In this document: positions 10,429 through 19,662 of the stretch, piece by piece
Layout of the letters: each line of letters starts with the position of its first letter
Numbering within the stretch: the first letter of the stretch is position 1
Assembly (NCBI GenBank): GCA_965223505.1
Contig: CBDCWP010000039.1
Coordinates: 160,001-224,000, forward strand
DNA from: Planctomycetota bacterium
GTDB taxonomy: Bacteria; Planctomycetota; PLA2; JAEUHO01
Reading direction: 5' to 3'
Length of the DNA: 64,000 nucleotides
Made by a program: the position numbers and the translations under genes
The notes under the pieces: generated by a model
What the model saw: the letters and a program-made list of their open reading frames with translations, nothing else
The model's database searches: none
What the model was told of the DNA's origin: nothing

Positions 10429-11690
10429 CTCGGCGCAAAGTCGTCTTGATCATCCTCGACGGACTCGGTGACCTCCCCGCTCCCGCGTTCGATGGCCGGA
10501 CCCCGCTCGAGGCGGCAGAGACGCCCGTGCTCGATGCGTTGGCGCGAAGCGGCGAGTGCGGTCTCGTCGATCCGATCGCGCCGGGTGTGTACGTCGACAC
10601 GCAGACCGGCGCCGGAGCGCTCATGGGCATGGCGCCGCAGGTGGCCGCGCCGCTCCGCCGAGGCCCGGTCGAGGCCGCGGGGATCGGCGTGGAGCTGAAG
10701 GACGGCGAAGTGGCCCTGCGCGGCAACTTCGCCACGCTGAACCGTGACGGCGACGGGTTCGACGTGCGCGACCGCCGGGCCGGACGGATTCGGGACGGTG
10801 CGGCGGAGCTGGCGGATGCGCTGAACACCGTGGAGCTCGGCGACGAGGACGTCTCCGTGTCCGTTCGACCGTTGCGGCAGCATCGATTCTTGCTGCACCT
10901 CTCCGGTCCGTCGCTGTCGGACGACATCACCGACACCGATCCCGGCACCACCGGCGTGCCGCAGGTTTGGCGGCCGGCCCACGCGGTGTCTCCGGGGAAT
11001 GCCGCCGCGGAACGGACGGCGCGCGCCGTCAACGAATTCAGCCGGCGTGCGTACGACGTGCTCGCGGCCCACCCCGTGAACGAAGCGCGCCGACAAGCTG
11101 AGCTTCTGCCGGCGAACGGGGTGTTGCTGCGGGGCGCCGGTTGCCGGGTGCGTCCGCACAGCGTGCTGCACGACCGCGGGCTCAGCGGCGCCGTCGTCAC
11201 CGCCGACCGCACGCTCCTGGGTCTGGGCGTCCTGCTCGGCTTCACCCCGGTCCTCGAGCCGGGCTTCACCGGGTTGACCGATACGGATCTCGACGCCAAG
11301 GTGGCCGCGACCCTGTCCGCGCTCGACGGACACGACATCGTCTGGCTGCACATCAAGGGCCCGGACATCGCCGCGCACGACAGGGATGCGGTTTTGAAGG
11401 CGCGCTTTCTGGAGCGCGTGGACGCCGCGCTGGGGCCCCTGTGCGAACACGATGCGGTGCTCGCCGTCGCCGCGGATCACACCACCGACAGCAATACCGG
11501 TTGTCACACCGGTGATCCCGTGCCGGCGTTGATCCGGACGCCCGATGGGGCAGGCGATCCGTGCGCCGCCTTCAGCGAACGCGTCTGCCGCTTGGGCGGC
11601 CTTGGCCGGTTGACGGCTTCGCAGTACCTCGACGTCGTCCTCGCGGCGGCGACACCGACCGACGTCTCCGGGGCGGCGCGCCGCGGTTGA
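10425..11690 (+). CDS. apgM: Cofactor-independent phosphoglycerate mutase, archaeal ApgM type (alkaline phosphatase superfamily)
   Basis: IILDGLGD, TPLEAAETP, RGPVEAAG, RGNFAT, HIKGPDIAAHD, ADHTT, HTGDPVP; ATGA overlap with the kinase stop. Confidence 0.82.
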   Translation: MTRRKVVLIILDGLGDLPAPAFDGRTPLEAAETPVLDALARSGECGLVDPIAPGVYVDTQTGAGALMGMAPQVAAPLRRGPVEAAGIGVELKDGEVALRGNFATLNRDGDGFDVRDRRAGRIRDGAAELADALNTVELGDEDVSVSVRPLRQHRFLLHLSGPSLSDDITDTDPGTTGVPQVWRPAHAVSPGNAAAERTARAVNEFSRRAYDVLAAHPVNEARRQAELLPANGVLLRGAGCRVRPHSVLHDRGLSGAVVTADRTLLGLGVLLGFTPVLEPGFTGLTDTDLDAKVAATLSALDGHDIVWLHIKGPDIAAHDRDAVLKARFLERVDAALGPLCEHDAVLAVAADHTTDSNTGCHTGDPVPALIRTPDGAGDPCAAFSERVCRLGGLGRLTASQYLDVVLAAATPTDVSGAARRG

Positions 11691-11723
11691 CGGCTCGCCG
11701 GACTTCCACGCGCGACGCGGCGG

Positions 11724-12386
11724 CTACTCCGGGTAGCCAATCCGGTGGAACGGCGCCATGACGGACGAGGCGAGGTTGCGTGCGTGCGCGCTGATCCGCT
11801 TGAGGAAGCGGATGTAGAGCGCCAGCGCCGCGGACGTGCCGGTGTCCAGGTCGACCTTGCCGCCCACCAGTCCGTCCTCGAGCCGCCGGTAGTGACGCCG
11901 CACGTCGTCGTTGTAGTCGCGCATGAGGGCCCGCGCCTTGTCGGCGTCTCCTTCGCGGAACGCGTCGACGGCGTTGTCGAAGAGCGTGAGCGTCTCGGAT
12001 TCGATCTGCGCCAGTCGTTCCTCCATTGGCCCGCCGTTCAGTCGCTTCGGGTGGCTGACGGCGACGTCGTGAATGTTCTTGGCGTAGTCCCCGATCCGCT
12101 CGATGTCGATGACGATGATGACCAGCACGAGGCCGGAAGAGATGTCGGCGACGTTGCCGAGCGAGAGATGCGTCAGGACCTTGCGCCGCGCGTCACGCTC
12201 GAAGTGGTTGATGCGCTTGTCCATCGACACGATGTCGATGTCGACCTTCGAGTCGTCGCGCCGTCGAAGCGTCTCCACCGACGCGTGGATCATCTGCCGG
12301 CACAGGTCCAGCATGTCGGCGCACTCTTCGAGGGCCTGCACCTGAAGGTTGTCCTTCTTCAGCAGCTCGATGAACTTTCGTATCAC
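11724..12386 (-). CDS. phoU: PhoU-family phosphate regulator
   Basis: DKRINHFERDARRKVLTHL, DIERIGDYAKNI and LKRISAHARN PhoU repeats. Confidence 0.88.
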   Translation of the reverse strand: MIRKFIELLKKDNLQVQALEECADMLDLCRQMIHASVETLRRRDDSKVDIDIVSMDKRINHFERDARRKVLTHLSLGNVADISSGLVLVIIVIDIERIGDYAKNIHDVAVSHPKRLNGGPMEERLAQIESETLTLFDNAVDAFREGDADKARALMRDYNDDVRRHYRRLEDGLVGGKVDLDTGTSAALALYIRFLKRISAHARNLASSVMAPFHRIGYPE

Positions 12387-12388
12387 GA

Positions 12389-13576
12389 CTATCTCCCGAG
12401 GAACACGATCAGGAACGGGACCGCGTAGAAGGTGACGATGATGTAGATCAGTGGAATCAGCTTGTTGCGCATGGCGATCTTGCTGAACGCTTCGGCGATC
12501 CTAATCGGGATCTCGCGTATCCACCACACGACCGCGACGCCGATTACGTTGAAGAGCACGTGATGGAACGCGAGCTCGAGTCCGAGGAACGCCTTCGCAT
12601 AGGCCGACTCGTCGGCGGCGTCCGCCGCCGCCAACGCCGCCAGCGAGGCAATCAGGGCGGTTACCGTCGTCCCGATGTTGGCGCCCATCGTGTAGGGCAT
12701 GACCTGTCGAATCGTCAGCACGCCGGCGCCCACGAGCGGAACCGCGACCGAAGTCGTGATCGAGCTGCTCTGAACCAGGATGGTGAGCATCAGCCCGAAG
12801 ACCAAACCACGCGCCGCCGACTTGAAGATGACCCGGTCGAAGAGGTTTTCGAGCTTCTGGATCATGATGCTCTTCAGCGCCTTCACCAGGAAGACCAGGC
12901 CAGCGAACGTCATGAGGATGCCGCAGACGAGCATGAGCCCGCTACCGTTGCCGAAGAACTCGGTCGAGAGCGTGTCGTTCAGCCAGCCTCCCGCCGATTC
13001 GCAGGCATCCTGCACCGTCTTGATCACCGGCTTCGTGATCGCCTTGATCGGGTTGGCGAGCTTCGTTCCGCCGACGTTCTGGAACGCGTTGGCGGACCAG
13101 CCGGCGAGCTTGTCGAGGAACCCGGTCGACACCTCGAGTGGGAAGAGGATCAACAGGACGAACAAGTTGAAGAAGTCGTGCACCGACGCCGCGGCGAACG
13201 CGCGCTGATACTCCGCGGTCTGGCGCATGTGACCGATCGAGACGAGCGTGTTGGTGACGGTCGTTCCGACGTTCGCGCCCATCACCATGTAGACGCCGGC
13301 GTGGTACGAGACCTGTCCGCTGGCAACCAGGGCGACGACCATGCTGGTCGTCGTCGAGGAGCTTTGAACGAGAGTCGTTGCGAGGATGCCGATGAACAGG
13401 GAAACGAGCGGCCCGGTGGCGCCGCCCAGGAGCTCCTCGGTGTACCCGGCGCCCATCGCCTTGAAGGAGCCGCCCATCGTTCCGATGCCGAGCAGGAACA
13501 GATAGAGGAAGGCGAAGGTCGAGAGCACCTTGGCCCATGTCGGGAGTCTGGCGATCACGCCAGGCGAGCTGCCCAT
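12389..13576 (-). CDS. nptA: Na+/phosphate symporter (NptA/SLC34 type)
   Basis: Two QSSS repeats (LVQSSSTTTS, LVQSSSITTS) each followed by MGANV/IGTT; GGAGG RBS before ATG 13576. Confidence 0.9.
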   Translation of the reverse strand: MGSSPGVIARLPTWAKVLSTFAFLYLFLLGIGTMGGSFKAMGAGYTEELLGGATGPLVSLFIGILATTLVQSSSTTTSMVVALVASGQVSYHAGVYMVMGANVGTTVTNTLVSIGHMRQTAEYQRAFAAASVHDFFNLFVLLILFPLEVSTGFLDKLAGWSANAFQNVGGTKLANPIKAITKPVIKTVQDACESAGGWLNDTLSTEFFGNGSGLMLVCGILMTFAGLVFLVKALKSIMIQKLENLFDRVIFKSAARGLVFGLMLTILVQSSSITTSVAVPLVGAGVLTIRQVMPYTMGANIGTTVTALIASLAALAAADAADESAYAKAFLGLELAFHHVLFNVIGVAVVWWIREIPIRIAEAFSKIAMRNKLIPLIYIIVTFYAVPFLIVFLGR

Positions 13577-13636
13577 GTCCCGAGTCCTCCCACCGGTCCC
13601 TCGACGCCCCACGCGCATCGTGGGATGTGCCCCCTA

Positions 13637-13652
13637 AGCACCTCCCGTGCCA
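13637..13652 (-). promoter_or_regulatory. Sigma-54 (-24/-12) promoter for nptA-phoU
   Basis: Minus strand TGGCACG-GGAG-GTGCT; GG-N10-GC spacing, one mismatch to TGGCACG-N4-TTGCW, about 60 nt upstream of nptA. Confidence 0.7.
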
Positions 13653-13758
13653 CCGCGCGTGTGTCGGGCCGGCGGCGCGCACGAAGGCCAAACGTGGGGG
13701 GGGCTGCGCGAAACCTCGACGCCAAATGCGGGCTACGGCACAGCGCGACGGCGAACGG

Positions 13759-15498
13759 CTAGGCGATCGCGTGTTCCTTCTTCTTCTTGCCCTTGCGCCC
13801 CGGCTTCTTGGGCCGCTCCAGAGGCCAGCCGCCCTCCGCGACGACCTTCGCGATCCGCTTCGCGACGTAGTAGACGCGTTTGAGGCTCTCGATCAGCTCC
13901 GACTCCACGCGAAACGCGTCGAGACGATCCGGTCCGGCGGCCGCCAGTCTCTCCGTCAGGTGGCGCGTCGCCGCATCCGCGAGGCCGGACACGTCGGGCT
14001 TCGCGGCGATCACGTCCTGCGCCGACGCCAGGTCGTGCTTGCGCACCGAACGAACCGAGCGTCGCACCGCCCATAGCACCCGCTCGACGAGCGCGTCGAT
14101 CGCCTGACGCGTGCTGGGACTGATCTCGAACGCGTGCTCCGTGCGCCGTAGCCCCTCGCTGGCGAGGTCCGTCTCGACGATGTCCGCCATGTTCTCGAGG
14201 TAGTTCGCGATGCTGAGCGAGGCCTGCACCTGCCTGGTCTCTTCCTTCGAGAGGTGCCTGCTGGAGATCCGGCCCAGGTACTCGACGATCGCCCGGTGCA
14301 GCATGTCGACGTCTTCGTCCATGTGTTGGACCGCGCGGATCTCGTCAGGCGTTCCCTCCAAGATCGCTTCCGGCGATCGGCTGACCATGTTGCGCACGCG
14401 CTTGCCGAGCCGCCCCAGCTCCAACGCGATTCGATCGAGCGCGAGCGCCGGCGTCGGAATGAGGTTGTCGTCGAGGTACTTCGGTCGCAGGCGCTTGGGC
14501 ACGGCTTCGGGGCGCAGCGGGAGCACGCGCTGGACGAAGGCGGCAATGGTGCCGGTGAACCCGATGAAGATGAGGGTGTTCAGCGTGTTGAACGTCGTAT
14601 GCGCGTGCGCGATGCGGCGGGCGGGGTCGTCCGCGAGGCCGCGCACGAAGTCGGCGAGGAACGGGATGAACGCGAACCACAAGAGCACGCCCGCGACGTT
14701 GAAGGTCACGTGAATCAACGCGGTCTGCACGGCGACGCGCGGCTTGCCGATGGACGCGAGCAGCGCGGTGACGCACGTGCCGATGTTCGCCCCCAAGACG
14801 AGCGCGATCGCGCCTTCGAGCGAGATGAGCCCGGACGCGCCCATGACGATCACCACACCGGTCGTAGCGGACGAGCTCTGAACGAGTCCAGTGAAGAGCG
14901 CGCCCGTGAGGATGCCGAGCGCGGGGTTCTCCATGCCCTGCATGAGGTGGAGGAACCCCTCGTGATCCCTGAGAGGGTTCATCGCCCCCTTCATGAGGTT
15001 CATGCCGAAGAACACCAGGCCGAAGCCGAACAGCATGATTCCGTAGCGCTTCGTCTTCGGCGACTTCGAGAAGAAGTTGAGCGCGAACCCCACGGCGACG
15101 ATCGCCATCGCGAACTTCGTGATCTTGAACGCGATGATCTGGGCGGTGATGGTCGTGCCGATCTCCGCGCCCATGATGATGCCGACCGACTGCTGCAAGG
15201 ACATCAGACCCGCCGACACGAAGCCGACGGTCAGGACCGTCGTGACGGAAGACGACTGGATCACGGCCGTCGTGACGCCTCCGGCCAGCACACCCTTGAA
15301 GCGGTTGGTCGTCAGACGCGCCAGAAGTTTGCGCATGCCGCTGCCGGCGGCGGTCTTCAGCGCCTCCGTCATCAACTCCATGCCGTAGAGAAAGACGGCC
15401 AGGCCTCCGAACAGCCCCATCACCATCGTGCCGAAGTCGAGCGCGGCAATGTGCAAGGCAGGCCTCCCGGTTGCGGCGCGGTTCCGGGCTACCCTCAC
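13759..15498 (-). CDS. Na/Pi cotransporter with C-terminal PhoU-like domains (YjbB type); start uncertain (15426-15498)
   Basis: GGLAVFLYGM, IQSSSVTT/GAEIGTT, VQSSSATT/GANIGT, C-terminal LENMAD and LKRVYY. Confidence 0.9.
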   Translation of the reverse strand: MRVARNRAATGRPALHIAALDFGTMVMGLFGGLAVFLYGMELMTEALKTAAGSGMRKLLARLTTNRFKGVLAGGVTTAVIQSSSVTTVLTVGFVSAGLMSLQQSVGIIMGAEIGTTITAQIIAFKITKFAMAIVAVGFALNFFSKSPKTKRYGIMLFGFGLVFFGMNLMKGAMNPLRDHEGFLHLMQGMENPALGILTGALFTGLVQSSSATTGVVIVMGASGLISLEGAIALVLGANIGTCVTALLASIGKPRVAVQTALIHVTFNVAGVLLWFAFIPFLADFVRGLADDPARRIAHAHTTFNTLNTLIFIGFTGTIAAFVQRVLPLRPEAVPKRLRPKYLDDNLIPTPALALDRIALELGRLGKRVRNMVSRSPEAILEGTPDEIRAVQHMDEDVDMLHRAIVEYLGRISSRHLSKEETRQVQASLSIANYLENMADIVETDLASEGLRRTEHAFEISPSTRQAIDALVERVLWAVRRSVRSVRKHDLASAQDVIAAKPDVSGLADAATRHLTERLAAAGPDRLDAFRVESELIESLKRVYYVAKRIAKVVAEGGWPLERPKKPGRKGKKKKEHAIA

Positions 15499-15618
15499 CG
15501 TCGCCTTGCGCGAAACACGTGCGTTCCTTTATCGGATCGCGTGCAAGGTGGCCAACGCAATTCGTGATCGCCTGATCACGTCGATGTCGCGTTGCGCACT
15601 GTTGCGCAGGTGACGGTG

Positions 15619-16974
15619 TTACTTCAGTTGATAGCGCTCGATCTTCTTGTAGAGGTTCGAGCGCTGCATGCCCAACGACTCGGCGGTGCGTTTCACGTTC
15701 CAACCGTTTTCCTGCAGATGATGCTGCAAGAACAGCTTCTCGGACGTCTCCTTGAAGTTCTCGAACGTCTCGCAGGATCGGAACAGGTCTTCCATCTGCG
15801 ACGCGCCGGCGCTGGGACCGCTGAGCTGATCGAGGTCCTTGCCCTCGATCTTCGGGCCGTCGAGGAGGATCACGCACCGCTCCATCAGGTTGCGCAGCTG
15901 CCGCACGTTGCCGGGCCACTCCTGTTTCTCGAGCCACTTGACGCCGCTGTCGGCGATCTCCGGCGGCTCCTTGCCCAGGTTGGCCGCCATCTTCGCCAGG
16001 AACGCGCCGGCCAACAGCGCGATGTCCTGCACGCGATCGCGCAGCGGCGGTACGTGCACCGGGACGACGTTCAAGCGATAGAACAGGTCTTCGCGGAACG
16101 TCCCCTCCTCCGCCTCCTGCTTGAGGTCCTTGTTCGTCGCCGCGACCAGGCGTACGTCCACCGGGATCGGCTCCGCGCCGCCCACGCGCTGCACTTTCTG
16201 CTCTTCGATGACGCGCAAGACCTTCGCCTGCGCGTCGAGCGACATGTCGCCGACCTCGTCCAGGAAGAGCGTGCCCGTATGGGCCTGCTCGAACTTGCCC
16301 TTGCGCTGCTCGGTGGCGCCCGTGAATGCGCCCTTCTCGTGACCGAACAGCTCGCTCTCGAGCAGCTCCTTCGGGATCGCGGCGCAGTTCACGTCGACGA
16401 ACGGGCCCGCGCTGCGATCGCTCATCTCGTGCACCAGGCGTGCAACGAGCTCCTTGCCGGAGCCGTTCTCGCCCTGGATCAGGACGCGCGCCGGCGTCGG
16501 CGCGACCTTCGCGATGATCGCGCGCACCTCTTCGAGCTTCGGGCTGCCGCCCAGCATCCGCTTCGACGTGTCCGACAACCGCTCCTTCAGCGCGACGTTC
16601 TCACGCTGCAGTCGACGCGTCTGGTGCGCGTTGCGCACCGTCAGCAGGACGCGGTCCCGGTCGAGCGGCTTCTCGAGGAAATCGAAGGCGCCGCGGCGCG
16701 TGGCCTCCATGGCCGTGTCGATGGTGCCGTGGCCGGAGATCATCACGACCGCCACGTCGGGTCGCGCCTCCGCGATGTCGGCGAGCACCTCCAGCCCGTC
16801 CCGGCCCGGCATCTTGATGTCGAGGAAGACGAGCTCGGTCTCCGGCGCCTCCTTCAGGGCCGCCAGGCCCTGCTCGCCGTCGGCGGCCAGGGCGACCTCG
16901 TGATGCTCGTACCGCAGCACCAGATCGAGGCTCTCGCGGATGGCCTCCTCGTCGTCGATGACCAGAATCTTCAA
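15619..16974 (-). CDS. Sigma-54-dependent response regulator (NtrC/NtrX family)
   Basis: Receiver IDDE...[43 protein letters not shown]; Fis-type HTH. Confidence 0.93.
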   Translation of the reverse strand: MKILVIDDEEAIRESLDLVLRYEHHEVALAADGEQGLAALKEAPETELVFLDIKMPGRDGLEVLADIAEARPDVAVVMISGHGTIDTAMEATRRGAFDFLEKPLDRDRVLLTVRNAHQTRRLQRENVALKERLSDTSKRMLGGSPKLEEVRAIIAKVAPTPARVLIQGENGSGKELVARLVHEMSDRSAGPFVDVNCAAIPKELLESELFGHEKGAFTGATEQRKGKFEQAHTGTLFLDEVGDMSLDAQAKVLRVIEEQKVQRVGGAEPIPVDVRLVAATNKDLKQEAEEGTFREDLFYRLNVVPVHVPPLRDRVQDIALLAGAFLAKMAANLGKEPPEIADSGVKWLEKQEWPGNVRQLRNLMERCVILLDGPKIEGKDLDQLSGPSAGASQMEDLFRSCETFENFKETSEKLFLQHHLQENGWNVKRTAESLGMQRSNLYKKIERYQLK

Positions 16975-17102
16975 AGCCGGCTCCCGTCTTTGGCCCCGGG
17001 CTCGGGCGCCCTCGACACAACCAGTTGTGGGTTGAAGGGTTAGGGAGGATACACGCGCTTGGGCGTGGCCGGAACTCGGCGACCGATTGAGGTAGGATTC
17101 GG

Positions 17103-17798
17103 ATGCAACCCATGAGTTCCGACGTTTCCAAGAGTGGCATGAGCCCGCCTGCGACCCTCCGCCCCAACGAACGCCTTACAGACGACGACCTCATGGTCCG
17201 TTGCGGCACCGGTGACACCGCGGCGCTCGCCGAGCTGATGGGACGCCACCAGGACGCCGCCTACCGCTATGCGTGGCGCATCTTTCGCAACCACCACACC
17301 GCGGAGGACGTGACACAGGAGTTCTTCGTCAAGCTCTTCCGGTACGCCGGCCGCTATCAGCCGCGCGGCCACTTCACGACCTACTTCTACCGCGTGTTGG
17401 CGAACCTGTGCTTCGACAACCTGCGCAAGCGCAAGCGGCGCAGCAAGGTCGAGTCGATCCAGATGGATCCGATCGCCTGCGAGGGCACCGAGCTCGAGCC
17501 GCTCGCCCGCGACGTCGATCCGGAGACCCCGCTTCGCCGCGAAGAGGCGAAGGACGCCGTCCACGAGGCGCTTTCGTCGCTGCCCGTTCAGGTGCGCAAG
17601 GCGCTGGAGCTACGCGAGTTCGAGGGGCTGCGCTACCGCGAGATCGCGGAGGTGATGGACCTCTCGCTCAACGAGGTGAAGGTGCTCCTGCACCGCGGCC
17701 GCAAGCTGTTGGCGCGCACGTTGGCGCGCACGCCCGTCGGCCGCGACTGGGTGCGCTACTACAACCGCAGGAACGACGGCAGGGGAGGTGCGCGATGA
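17103..17798 (+). CDS. ECF RNA polymerase sigma factor (start may be 17112 or 17139)
   Basis: AEDVTQEFF, FTTYFYRVLANLCFD (region 2); LREFEGLRYREIAEVM...VKVLLHRGR (region 4). Confidence 0.92.
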   Translation: MQPMSSDVSKSGMSPPATLRPNERLTDDDLMVRCGTGDTAALAELMGRHQDAAYRYAWRIFRNHHTAEDVTQEFFVKLFRYAGRYQPRGHFTTYFYRVLANLCFDNLRKRKRRSKVESIQMDPIACEGTELEPLARDVDPETPLRREEAKDAVHEALSSLPVQVRKALELREFEGLRYREIAEVMDLSLNEVKVLLHRGRKLLARTLARTPVGRDWVRYYNRRNDGRGGAR

Positions 17799-19651
17799 GT
17801 CACCGCGATTCCCCCCGCATGAAGGACGACGCGCTGCTCAAGGCCGTTCACAGCTACGTCGACCGCGAGCTCGGACCGGCCGAGACCGAGGCGCTCGAGA
17901 AGGCGATGGCCGCATCGCCGAAGCTGCAGGCCGAGCGCCGCACGGTCGAGGGGCTCTCCGCCGCGCTGAAGCGCTGGGACGCCGAGTCCAACGAGCACGT
18001 GGCGCCGCGCTCGCGCATTCAGAACGCGGTCCTGGCGCGCGTGGCTCACGAGGCCGGGACGCGCAGGCGCGAGCATCGCATGCGGCGCTTCCGCACCGTC
18101 GCCATCGCCGCGTCGGTGCTGCTCGCGTTCGGTCTGGCGATCTTCTTCGGCGCGAACGTCGACCCGAACGCCGCGGACGGCGTCGAGGTCGCGCTCGAGC
18201 CCCTCGTGTTCGACGGCACCGCCGAGGACATCGGCGTCACGAAGCTCGCGTCCGATCGCTCGGGCCTCCCGGGGCTCGTGCCGAAGAGCGAGAAGCCGCT
18301 CGACGGATTCGAGCTTGCGGAGAAGGTGCGCGTGCGGGTGCGCCACGTCGACGGCGACTCGATTGCCGAGTTCGAGGTGCTGCGCCGGGTGCGCGACGAC
18401 TACGAGCGCGGGCTGGGCGAGACCGGCGTGCTGATGCCCGACTATCTGGGACGGAAGCTCGACCGGATCGTCTCGCCGTCGGTGCTGCGCTATCTGTTCG
18501 AAAGCGGCATCATCTATCGGTGGATGGAGAACAGCGGGACCTTGCCGGCGAGTGCGGCATCGGCCACCGCTGCCCCCGAGACGGGGACGCTCTCCGATCT
18601 CACGATCGCGACCGCGCTCACGCCGGTGCCGGGGCTGCTGAACGACATCAGCCCCTTGAAGGTGACGCCGCCGCTGGTCGCACGTCCGGTGCGCGACGGC
18701 CGTGGAGAGACCGTCACCATCATCAAGGGACTGCCGATCCACCGCTCGAAGGCGGGCCCGATCCGCCTGCTCACGAGCGACGGCGAGCCGACCCGCGCGG
18801 TCGACCCGATCGCGGCGCAGAACAACGGTTGGCTGCGCTTCGAGGAGATCGCGCACACGCCGAACGCCATCGTGGCGTTCGTGCGCGATTCGCAGCGTCC
18901 GATCTACATCCCCGCCGGGCAGATCCTGACCGGTGGCGTCACGGATCGGGTCGTCGCGAAGGCCGTCTGGCTGTCGCCCGACGAGGAGCGCACGACGATC
19001 GAGTGTCGCGTGGTTCGCGAGGGGGCGCCGAGGGCCGCGGGCCGGCCGGTGCTGACCGAGTGGATCGCCGGTCCGACACTTCGCGCGCTGCTCTACCGCA
19101 ACGCACCGGAGGACGAGTTCCGCGCATGCGTCGCCGGTCAGGTGCACGGTCTCGGCGACGAATGGTCGCTGCTCGACGTGTACGAGAAGCGCAAGTGGAG
19201 GTCCCGGGGCCGCGAGCTCAAGCTGGGGCCCGCCATCTTCGCCGAGGTGCGTGCGAGCATGCGTCGTGTCGGCGGCAAGTCCGGTCTCGCCGGTTTCGCC
19301 GTCGTCGGCGAAGGCGACCGGGTGCTCGGCATCGAGAAGACGCGCATCCACGGCGAGGCGGCATTGCTGCTGTTGGCGCGTCTGTACGTCGGATACGAGA
19401 CGGAGGCGTGGGAGCGCTTCAACAACGAGTCCTACGTCGCCAAGCCGTCGGACGAGATCAGCACGGCGTTCAAGCACTTCCGCGGCCACACCAAGCGGTT
19501 CGTCCTGCAGCAGCGGGATCCGTCCAGCAACGTCCGCGTGTCGGGTCTCGCGGACGAGAAGACCGGCATCCGCTTCCACGCGGTCGAGGTCGACGACGAG
19601 GTGGTCGCGGTGAGCGCGGTCGCCGAAGCGTTGCCGCACTCGAATCGGTAG
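17795..19651 (+). CDS. Transmembrane anti-sigma factor with large C-terminal domain (ARPP-1-like segment)
   Basis: ATGA-coupled to the sigma gene; anti-sigma-like N-terminus (HSYVDREL...LE); one TM (AIAASVLLAFGLAIFF); SQRPIYIPAGQILTGGVTDRVV motif. Confidence 0.7.
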   Translation: MSHRDSPRMKDDALLKAVHSYVDRELGPAETEALEKAMAASPKLQAERRTVEGLSAALKRWDAESNEHVAPRSRIQNAVLARVAHEAGTRRREHRMRRFRTVAIAASVLLAFGLAIFFGANVDPNAADGVEVALEPLVFDGTAEDIGVTKLASDRSGLPGLVPKSEKPLDGFELAEKVRVRVRHVDGDSIAEFEVLRRVRDDYERGLGETGVLMPDYLGRKLDRIVSPSVLRYLFESGIIYRWMENSGTLPASAASATAAPETGTLSDLTIATALTPVPGLLNDISPLKVTPPLVARPVRDGRGETVTIIKGLPIHRSKAGPIRLLTSDGEPTRAVDPIAAQNNGWLRFEEIAHTPNAIVAFVRDSQRPIYIPAGQILTGGVTDRVVAKAVWLSPDEERTTIECRVVREGAPRAAGRPVLTEWIAGPTLRALLYRNAPEDEFRACVAGQVHGLGDEWSLLDVYEKRKWRSRGRELKLGPAIFAEVRASMRRVGGKSGLAGFAVVGEGDRVLGIEKTRIHGEAALLLLARLYVGYETEAWERFNNESYVAKPSDEISTAFKHFRGHTKRFVLQQRDPSSNVRVSGLADEKTGIRFHAVEVDDEVVAVSAVAEALPHSNR

Positions 19652-19662
19652 CGCGCCCGCCG

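Noticed and set aside
15541..15556. TTGGCCACCTTGCAC (minus strand) as a sigma-54 promoter
   Set aside because: GG to GC spacing is 7 nt, not 10
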